Assembly (NCBI GenBank): GCA_016839745.1
Contig: JAEOTS010000004.1
Span: 1-64,000, forward strand
Direction: 5' to 3'
DNA length: 64,000 bases
Source: Promethearchaeota archaeon
GTDB lineage: Archaea; Asgardarchaeota; Lokiarchaeia; Sigyniarchaeales; SOKP01
Below, piece by piece: positions 31,112 through 40,800 of the stretch. Both the position numbers and the translations under genes were made by a program. The notes under the pieces were generated by a model. The model did not search any database. It was not told the DNA's origin and saw only the letters and a program-made list of their open reading frames with translations. Position 1 is the stretch's first letter; every line of letters starts with the position of its first letter.

Positions 31112-32338
31112 TTAAGCAGGAATGGGAACTCTACCAACCCCTGGAATTATCGCAGGAAGACCTTTCTTAAGCCTTTCAATCATTGATATTATGCCTAGAG
31201 CCAATAAAGAACTCATAACTCCCGCTATGCCGAAAAATGCCGTCATCTGTTTCTGTCCAGTTTCAGTCGGGATATCAGCAGGAATACCCACCCCGACATC
31301 AGACATAGGACCATCTTCTCCAGTCGTTCCCTCACAACCATCACCTTTATATCCAGTGTTTATTAAATAGTTCATCGCGGCAGCTGAATAATATATAGCA
31401 GTATTCAAATTGTGTTCCAATGTATCGAAATATCTGTCCACATCGCCGAACATTGGTCTATTAAGAGCTGTCCAACTTTCAACCAATTGAGTATTACTAG
31501 GCCAAAACTCATCTTTATGATTGTATAACCATGTTCCATCTTCGTATGTAGAGGCAGTAAAAGACATCAAATAGGAATTACCCCACCTTGTATCCAATCC
31601 TGCCCTGTACACAGCCTCTCGAGGTTCATTTATATCTGAAGCGTCAAAATATAAACGAGCTTCGTTTATACTAAAAAAATCCAATCCGGTACGCACGACC
31701 GATTTTGTAAGGAAATGCATCCTATTTAATAATCCCTGATCTGAAACATAGTTATCAAGATGAGGATAATATGTGGCATCGGAAATGAGATGTACCATTG
31801 CACCGAAGTAATAAGCGATTGCTTTATGATCCCTACCATTCAAACTATTGTCAATATATGGTATCAAACGATCTATTTCCCTCTGCAAACCACCATGTCG
31901 TACTAACTCTTTACCATTCCAGTCATGCATCATATGATTTGTCCCTAAAATGTCATTTCTAACTACACCGCAATCAGTAAACAAACTAACTTTATACTGA
32001 TACTTCGTATCGGGAATTTCCGACCCCACCAAATACCAATACTTCAAAGAATCAACATTATTAAACAAATCTTTTACAAACTCATGACTGGACCTTTCTT
32101 CATAAAGTATTTCAAGAGCTGCTTCCGCTAACCAATCATGGGTAGTGTAGTGAAGGTGTCCTCCACTAATATAGTCTGAACCAAAAGCTGCAGGCGTTAT
32201 AGCATTAGAACCGCCCTTACCCGGGGGAGTATTCCTCCATGCTACAGCAACAGGAGTATAACGCATTGCACACGAAAATAAAGACAAACCCAGGAGAACC
32301 AAAATTAAATAGACAAAGTTAATTTTCCTCATTCTCAA
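31112..32338 (-). CDS. Exported, C-terminally anchored Zn-dependent phospholipase C / S1-P1 nuclease-fold protein
   Basis: Signal peptide ending AVA|W (N-terminal Trp ligand), THDW, GSEIPD, NH, GAMVHLISDATYYPH and a C-terminal TM helix. Confidence 0.75.
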   Translation of the reverse strand: MRMRKINFVYLILVLLGLSLFSCAMRYTPVAVAWRNTPPGKGGSNAITPAAFGSDYISGGHLHYTTHDWLAEAALEILYEERSSHEFVKDLFNNVDSLKYWYLVGSEIPDTKYQYKVSLFTDCGVVRNDILGTNHMMHDWNGKELVRHGGLQREIDRLIPYIDNSLNGRDHKAIAYYFGAMVHLISDATYYPHLDNYVSDQGLLNRMHFLTKSVVRTGLDFFSINEARLYFDASDINEPREAVYRAGLDTRWGNSYLMSFTASTYEDGTWLYNHKDEFWPSNTQLVESWTALNRPMFGDVDRYFDTLEHNLNTAIYYSAAAMNYLINTGYKGDGCEGTTGEDGPMSDVGVGIPADIPTETGQKQMTAFFGIAGVMSSLLALGIISMIERLKKGLPAIIPGVGRVPIPA

Positions 32339-32506
32339 AACCAGAGCTATTAATATTTAATTTATATAATAATAATGAGATATTTAAAGTTTCGGTTTGT
32401 ACACCTACAAACTGTTGAGTCTCGTAATATATATTGGAAAATGTTTAAATACTTTGAATGAATTTTAAGATTAGGATAACTACATAATTAAAATCGCCTT
32501 TGCAGA

Positions 32507-33079
32507 ATGAATATTTTAAATAAGATTAAAGAAATAGAAAAAAAAAAACTGATTAGTTACATTTTAATACTTGGAACAGTTTTATATGGTTTTATCACAT
32601 CGTTGCTTTATCTAACTGTTTCCTCATCGCTATATGATGTGCTTGGAAGTATAAGGGTGCCTGAAGATTATGTCTTGTTTGTACTCGATACCGAAAATCC
32701 AGAGTTTCGCATGTCTTACTCAATAAGCAACACAGGGATTTATGACTTAACTGAGTTTAATATAAAAATATCTGCAGATTTTATTTTTTACAAAAAAAAT
32801 AACAACTCTCAAATACAAGTAAGTGTGTTTTCCGAGAAGGAAAGATTGTCCATCCCTGGATTAACTATTGCTAAAAAAGAGTTTTATGCTGGAAAGGAGG
32901 CTTTTATTACCGGGGCGTTGGAAAATTATTTAGACACAGTTAATGACACTTTAACTACTCGATATTTATTTAGAATAGAAATATTTGGACATTATTTCCT
33001 GAATTTAATACCTTTTTCAATAACGATTAAAGATTTTGAATTAAATGACAGTTGCCCAATTTGTGGGGTGTTTAACTAA
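32507..33079 (+). CDS. Membrane-anchored beta-rich (LEA_2/Ig-like) hypothetical protein
   Basis: N-terminal TM then YSISNTGIYDLTEFNIKISADF; CPIC at the C-terminus. Confidence 0.65.
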   Translation: MNILNKIKEIEKKKLISYILILGTVLYGFITSLLYLTVSSSLYDVLGSIRVPEDYVLFVLDTENPEFRMSYSISNTGIYDLTEFNIKISADFIFYKKNNNSQIQVSVFSEKERLSIPGLTIAKKEFYAGKEAFITGALENYLDTVNDTLTTRYLFRIEIFGHYFLNLIPFSITIKDFELNDSCPICGVFN

Positions 33080-33756
33080 TTAATTATAGAAAACTTAAAG
33101 CTCTATTCAATCTATTATTGGTTGTAGTAATAAGTGTGATGTTTTCTATTTTATTACCGATATTTATCGGTATTTCAAGTTTAGAAATTTCTAGTTTAAA
33201 TTTAGTTCATATTTTTCTGATGTTGATATTAGGCTTCATCATAACCTTAATAATATTTTTAAGACAACTTATATATGTTTCTGACATCTTTTACCTAAGT
33301 TTAATGATAATTCCCGAGCTTTTATATCTAGTTCAAATCATTATTTTGACGAATATGGATTATATACTAATACATAAAGAAAATCTTTCACTAATAATTG
33401 ATATACGAATTCTATATTTTAGCTTTATTGGACTCCCAATCTTAAATATTATTAGAAATACATTTAAATTTATAACACAATGTAAAGAAAGAAAGTGTAA
33501 GTTAATCGTTTTATCATCCGTTTATGATATTACTACCAGTAAAAAAAAGATTCCTCTCAAAAAACATATCTTAAATTCTTCTCAACTGGACATAGAATTA
33601 AAAAAAGCTGCTATTAAAAATTCTAAACAGATACTAGAAGATTTGAAAAAATCATCTTTAATAAAAAAATCCCAAAATAAATATACTATTACTGATTTAG
33701 GGTTAAATACTCTTTTTCATAAACAGACATTAAAAATTTTAAACAAAATTATGTAA
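33079..33756 (+). CDS. Membrane protein with C-terminal winged-helix
   Basis: Four TM segments then LEDLKKSSLIKK...YTITDLG wHTH wing. Start placed at ATT 33079 (track: 33118). Confidence 0.6.
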   Translation: MNYRKLKALFNLLLVVVISVMFSILLPIFIGISSLEISSLNLVHIFLMLILGFIITLIIFLRQLIYVSDIFYLSLMIIPELLYLVQIIILTNMDYILIHKENLSLIIDIRILYFSFIGLPILNIIRNTFKFITQCKERKCKLIVLSSVYDITTSKKKIPLKKHILNSSQLDIELKKAAIKNSKQILEDLKKSSLIKKSQNKYTITDLGLNTLFHKQTLKILNKIM

Positions 33757-33780
33757 TTTTAAGGTTGGAGTAAAGAATAA

Positions 33781-34500
33781 ATGAATTTAAAAGCACCCAT
33801 TGAAAGCAAAGACAATTTCTTGAAAAAGCAAGGTTTTCCAGATTTCAAAAGCATTCGTAAAGAAGATTTTGATATCAAATCAAATAAACAATTAATTGGA
33901 TTTATTACAACTAATAATTGGACAGGTAACGGGACTTATGAGAATCCTTTTGTTGTTTTAGATCATGTCTTTGATGACTTCAATATCTTAGGAGTAAATA
34001 ATTATGTGGTATTCAGAAATTGTATTTTTAATATAGTGAATCTCCAAAAATGTAAAAATCTCAAATTTTATAACTGTAAATTTAATAATTTTAATTTAAT
34101 CGTGTGTTCTAACATCAAGATTAACTTATCTCATATCTCAATGTTAAATATGAGGGGTTTGAAGCGCTCTCAATTTATAGAGTGTAAAATAGATTCGGTT
34201 TTTAATGATTTTAGCAAAGCAAATTCTTTTGAGAATTGTGAGTTGGACCAACAGAATAAAGATAATATTAAAAAGAATATACTTGAGAAAACAGACATAA
34301 AATCGATAAGTGTAATTATTCCTTTTACTTTATTACCTGCGATCCCGCTTATCTTATACTTATATTATATTCCGTTTACGCCTCTCTTACTGCCTTTATA
34401 TATAATACTTTTAAGCGGTGTTTCTATTATCTTACTAGCATGTTCAGTGATATGGTATAAATTCTATAATGCAGAGAAACAACCAAATAAAATAATATAA
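33781..34500 (+). CDS. Beta-helix (NosD/pentapeptide-like) protein with two C-terminal TM helices
   Basis: WTGNGTYENPFVV cap, repeated FxNCxF units and two TM segments. Confidence 0.65.
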   Translation: MNLKAPIESKDNFLKKQGFPDFKSIRKEDFDIKSNKQLIGFITTNNWTGNGTYENPFVVLDHVFDDFNILGVNNYVVFRNCIFNIVNLQKCKNLKFYNCKFNNFNLIVCSNIKINLSHISMLNMRGLKRSQFIECKIDSVFNDFSKANSFENCELDQQNKDNIKKNILEKTDIKSISVIIPFTLLPAIPLILYLYYIPFTPLLLPLYIILLSGVSIILLACSVIWYKFYNAEKQPNKII

Positions 34501-34522
34501 ATTATAAAAAAAAAAAGAAATT

Positions 34523-34843
34523 TTATGAGATAGAAGCAAGAAGCTTTGCCTTACGTAGGACTGTTATCTCGTTTTGAGTTAAAATTTCTTGAAAACTAGA
34601 TTGCGTTATCCTATAACCGTTTTCTGTCAAAAAGATTCTCTTTCTCTTATCGATTGGTACTCTTTTGATAAAACCTTCAGACTCCAACTCGATTAACATA
34701 GTCGAGGTATAACTCTTCTTGATACCAAGTTCCTCTTGAATGTTATGAGAAAAAATTTCAATATTACTCCGATAAAATTTCCTTAAATAAATTAAGATTT
34801 TTTGTTTATTACTAAAAAAATCAGTATATTGATTGATAGCCAT
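34523..34843 (-). CDS. MarR-like winged-helix regulator
   Basis: IQEELGIKKSYTSTMLIELESEGFIKR...KRKRIFLTENG; 16 nt downstream of the giant gene. Confidence 0.8.
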   Translation of the reverse strand: MAINQYTDFFSNKQKILIYLRKFYRSNIEIFSHNIQEELGIKKSYTSTMLIELESEGFIKRVPIDKRKRIFLTENGYRITQSSFQEILTQNEITVLRKAKLLASIS

Positions 34844-34859
34844 TCTTTTTACCTCTATT

Positions 34860-37800
34860 CTATATGAAATCTGCTAATATGAAACCTGCTACAGCACCAG
34901 CAAAAAGCGTCATCCAATAGATCCGCATTGTCCTGATTATTACCTTTTGAGCACTGGAACCGGGATGAAGATGCCTCTGTGCTGATAATGCGAAGGATAC
35001 GACCGCGCTTGACACAATGGTACTTAAGAAAACTGGAAACAAAAGAAGAATATCCGAAATCCCATTAAGTAGAATATATCCCGTTGTTTGTCCAATAGCA
35101 TGCAGAAAATTGCCTGAAACTAAGATTACAGCTTGTAATACCACGAAAACTTCGATGTTACGTCTAAAAACACTTAAAAGTTTATCGAGCTTTATACCAA
35201 CCTTGTAAAACTTACTAAATGAAGTTAATTCCATGAGTCCAACCAAGATGAAGTTAATTAATAAACTCATTGCGAATCCTATAAGCCCTCCTTTATTACC
35301 CGTTGCAACTAAACCGCCAATAGTTAATGCTATTGATAATATTACAGACACAAGACTAATTATACTCCCTACTATTGCAATCGTATCAGCGTGTGCCTTA
35401 GAAGCCATCGAACTTATAATTGTAGCGACAAACAGACCTAAAGTTAATGTCCCTGTTACAAAGAACCCAATATTTCTAAAAATATCGGCATAATCATAAA
35501 AAGCTGAGTCTTCTATAGTAAATTCCTTAATATAGTCCGAAACTAATAAAATACCAGAATCAATTGAATAAGGATCTTCATCGTATTCAAACTCAAAATC
35601 CACTTGCCAAGTACCAGTAGAAAGAGTTTTACAATCGACTTTGAAGTAGTAATTTTTAGTTTTTCCATCAGTTGAAGAACGATAATGAAGCATATCAAAC
35701 TCTTCGGTTGTCTCCCCCTGAGAAAAAATAATAACAGGTTTGCTCGATAATCCATAATTGCTATAATCTGATACCTCCACAATATATACAACTTCAACAT
35801 CTCTTGAAATAATTGAACCCTCTCCATATGTACAGTAGGAATTTACCCCAAAGTTGAGTGTGTCCTGAGACACAGATTTAACATAAGGACCCTCAAAATG
35901 GGTTAGATGATCAGGATCTTCATCATCAGAACTTAAAGTAGATATTATCTCACCTGTACTTGACTCAGCCTCAAAATAATATTTAAATGCTCCAATTGTA
36001 TCATCGTCGTAATTTAGATTATCAAAATTAATGTCTACATAGTATTCTACGGGATCGTCATAATCAGGAGAACTTTCGACTTCAGACATTTCGAATTTTT
36101 GAATTCCAACCGTTTTTGATACTCCGGTTCCTATTGATATCTGCGATGGAACTAAACAGAGATTTATCTCAACAGGGGCGTTTCCGTCTACCGTATTCCA
36201 CCAAGTAACATAGAACCTAAAATCGTCTGTGATCCAACCATTTAAATTTGAGTAGTCGTTAGTATCGTCACTAGTAACACGATGACCCATAAGATAAGTT
36301 GGACCTTCTGATGTGTCTGGTCCAACGAAATAGTCATTGATAGGTTGAGTAACTATCTCAGCAGTGTCTTTATCTTTTGTAGAGAAATAATAGTGCCATA
36401 AACCTTCGTCGTAACTTGATAAGTCCACAGTTTTCGTAAAATTTACTCCGGCAAGAATGGAATAATCAGGGTCTTCTGATTCGACCATATCGTAAGAATT
36501 GAGAGCATTGCCGCTTGAATCAATAAGATGCAGTTTAACTCCATATGATATATCGGGAGCCTTATGGTTTGGATCGTAATAATTTGTCCAAAACTCATAC
36601 GATCCAGCTCCCTTATCGATAAAACCGCAATGGAGAGTCGGAGGGGTATCCTCCGTCGCTGGAAGAGTTGGAACAGTATTTTGCCCTGTACTTTCTAAAG
36701 TCTCGCCAGATAATATGTCCTGACTCTGTTCATACACCACCGTATCACCAGAAATACTCTTATCTACAACCCAAGGAACATAGAGGTCAAAAAACTCCCA
36801 ATACATCCATTCGATCCAGTATTCTGTCCTAATCTTGTTGTTTGGGGAACTCAATTCGATATAACCTGCAAGATGATTCTTCCCATACTCTAATGGAAAA
36901 GAAATACCAAAAGAGGATTCAATATCTCCCAAAAAGCTAAATGCCAAAAATGATACACCAATAGTTAAAACTGTTATAGTAATAAACAGAAATTCTATTG
37001 CCAACATTATCCAAAATAATACATACAACGCAGCTCGAGCAATTAGCCACAATAGGTCTCCCAGCGCAGTTAATATAGCCATGAAAATGTTAGCGGCAAA
37101 ATTAACTAAGTACTGATAAAATGTTCCGCGAGTCATAGCCATTTGGGCGTGAAGCATGATATACAGAATAGGGTTAATTAAGCACATTAACCAAAGGAGC
37201 ATATCTGTAATACCACCCTCTGGTTCTGGCTCGTCCCCCATCGCCGAACTTGTATACGTATTGAACCATGGAATGTAGCCAAGAACGGAATATGGCAAGC
37301 CCATTTCAGATGCCATAGTGCCGTTAATTTTGGTGCTCACGTAGTCGTGAATCTTCTCGTATATAGTATTGTTACTTTCGTCTAAAGTATCGTTTACGCA
37401 ACCCCATAAGATTAATTCTAATACATCCATCGCATCTTCTGGAGAAATACCGAGTCGGGTGAATAAGAAATCGACGTCTGAATTCGCTGTATCTGGGTTC
37501 CCGTCTCTTGCAATTGCGGTGAACTCGAACACGTGCTCATCGGGGTGATAGAGCGGTGTTAGGTCGAGAGTGTCGTTTTCCACGTACCCGTTTAGCTTCG
37601 TGTGAGTAAAAAGCTCGGTAGGCACGACGATTACGTTCATTCCGTGCTCGAATGGAGTTCCTTCTACTGAGTAAGTCAGACCATTATCGCCAATATCGTA
37701 ATTAGCATCCCAAGAATATCCGAAAGCGTCAAAATAGGAGTAAAAAGGGTCACCCGTCGTTGCTATTTTCAGCTTATTAATAGAATCTTCGTCGTTATAA

Positions 37801-40800
37801 AACGGAGCATCGATCACTTTTAGAACGCCATCCACGTACAAATCGAAGCGATAAAGTCCAGCCTCTCCAACTTTGCACTCAAAAAAAAGCTTCATTCGGT
37901 ACCAAGTGTCTGAACTCGCGCTCATTACGTCGTGGTAGCTTCCGTCGTGATATTTTATCTTCCCATCTCTCATAAACAACCGAATTACTTCAGTGTCATC
38001 GTTTTCAAGGTAAAAATACGAAACACCACCACTTATTTTAGAAGTTCGCCACCACCATTCGATCGTTCCATAGGCTTGAGAGGAGGTAAAATTGTGATCA
38101 AAATCTGCGTGATCGTCTAATCCTCCTTGAACGCGCAAAACGTTACTATGACCGTCAATTTCCTCGATGATTTTGACGTAACTCTCCACATCCGAGCAAT
38201 CAAAAGAAACAAAATCAATGTTCGTGCAATTATTACCAATCTCCTCGTTAAGAAAAGATTCAGAACCTAAATAATGTCCTTCGTCAGGAATGGTTAGCTG
38301 GATGAGAGTGTATCGCTGATTTGGATCGTTGTAATGACCGTTAAAAGTGGTATTTGCATTGAAGATTGCAAGCGTGTTAGCTTTTTCGATAGCAACCGTC
38401 TTAACTTTTACCTCTAACTCGTTGAGGTGACCGAAATACCCCGTCTGATTGGCATATACGGTAGTATAGGTTTCACTTGGAGTACCAATGCTATAATCGT
38501 CGTTTCCGTCGATTATTTCGACATCAGACAATCCCCTATGGCGTCTTACGTGCCACATCTGGAGGTGCATGGTTATTGTATTGCTCTGTCTAACTGTGTC
38601 GTCGTCGATGTTAATGTAGTAATGGTCGCCAAAGTAGGCAGTTTGATAATACCCGAACCCGTTTGCGTATTCAGTTCCTTGAGCTACAGGCGTGACGATA
38701 TAATACTCGTTCTCGCCAAAAGTAAACGCAACCGAGATTTGGAGTAGCGCGTGTAAATCTAGGATAGCTAGGTTTCTAAAAATGCCTTTGTAGGGATGAA
38801 TCTCAAGCATGACATCCCTGAGCGGATCTCTATCGTTAGGGTCCCAACTTTCGTCTCCATCGGAGTCAACGCTTACCGGACTAGTTCCTTTAGTAAATAT
38901 CTCGTAATTATCGCTCCAACCATCACCGTCGGTATCTTCCTCGGCGGGATCTGTAACCCAAGCTATGGTATCGTTGAAATCAGCCACTACATAAGTATCA
39001 GTCTCGATCTCAAACTTAGTAAGGTTAAAGACATCGGTAGAAGCCGTGCTGAAGGCTTGAACTCTTAGGTGATACGTACCATAGACTTGTCCACTCGTTA
39101 CGTAAGGGGATAAATCGATCGATTTTTGGTAAGTGAACTGCTCAGAGGAGTCAAACTCTTTGCAATAGGCGAGCAAAACTATATCGGATTTCGTTAAGTT
39201 CATCTCTTCCTTAATAAGCTGAACAAAAACCCTCCCGCTTCCCTCTGTGCTACTATCAGATTTTACCTCTAGGTCAAGTTGACCGTCGGTTACTTTCCCG
39301 ATGTGCGGTATTTCCAGATAATACTCGTCAGGCGCGGTTAGCTCCATTTCTTGAGAATTATTATTATCGCCAATTTCGTAATCAGAATCCCAGGAAAACC
39401 CAATGCCATCAACATACATCCAATAAGCGTTATAAGTCCCCCAACCATATGTAACAAATCTTAGCACTCCAACATCGTCGTCAAAATTGGCGGGCATTTC
39501 CCCCGTGTCAGTCTTTAATACTCCGTCAATCCATATACTAAAAGTATCGGCAGAACAATCAAATTCAAACTTCACGTGATACCATTGGTTATTATTACAA
39601 ACTTGCAATAGATTACCGTTTCCATCGTAGAAATTACCTCCACTTGAATGTAAAGCATGCATTCCAACAGTCATAGAATCGTCTTCGAATATCTGCATAA
39701 ATCGAGATTCAGCAACTCCATCATATCGCAACCACACTTCTATCGTCCCATCATCAACAGGAGTGAATTCGTTATACATACTCGCATAACAGGTTGTGTC
39801 TGCGTAATGATCATACAGTTCTACCACTTTATCGTGTCCATCTAATGACGCGAGAACTTCTACATCGCAATAATCTCCCTCGTAACTAACCCAACCTGCA
39901 GGGAGTCCCCCCACAGTATCGTCTTCGAAACTATACGTTCCAGGATAATGACCGATTTTTGGATCGGAAGGGAGTTGGTTTTCGTAATTCTCTCCTTCCC
40001 AATAAGTCCAATTCCAAGTAAATCCAATAGCGTCAAGATAGGTGTCGTAACCGCTCGAGCCAGAGTCTGTGCCAAACATTAGTTTATCCAGACTCTGACA
40101 ATTATCGTCAAAATCAATATCTTCAGCTTCTAAGGTTCCATCAATAAACCATGTGAACGTTCCTTTAGCGCCATCGCTACAATTAAACGCGATCTTGTGG
40201 TGATACCAAGTATTTTCGTCGTACTTCCCCACATCGTGATAAGTGCCATCATACCAAGCAAATTTACCCGTATCTCTCATGTAAAGCGTTAGCGCAGTCC
40301 CTGTACCGTCGTCGTACAATCGTACTAAACTATCTTGGTCGTCAGCGGTTTGAGCCCACCAGAACTCTATCGTGCCGTTTTGTCTCTCGAACGCGGTATT
40401 GTAGGCGTAGACTTTACCCCCACTATTTTCGTCTGAAAGTTCCAATACCTTATTGTGATATTCGAACTCTTTTACTATCGTAGCTACGCAAGAAGAATCA
40501 ACCGACACGTAATCGATAAAACTTATATTCGCGTTAGTAGTGCCATCAGCTTCCTCTTCGAAAGAATAAGTCGCCGAAAAGTTTCCGATAGCGTTTTGAG
40601 TTAAGTTATTGGAAAGATAATAGTCCTCAAAGTCTATAAGGTCAGTACCTTCGACAAGGACTCCCATCTCTACGCCATCGAGAATACCGTCGTCATCGGA
40701 GTCGGGATCGTTTGGATCTAAATATCGACAGAACTCGAGCTCAAAATAATCTAAGTAGCAGCCTGCTTCCAAAGGATCAACTAAATTATCACCGATATCG

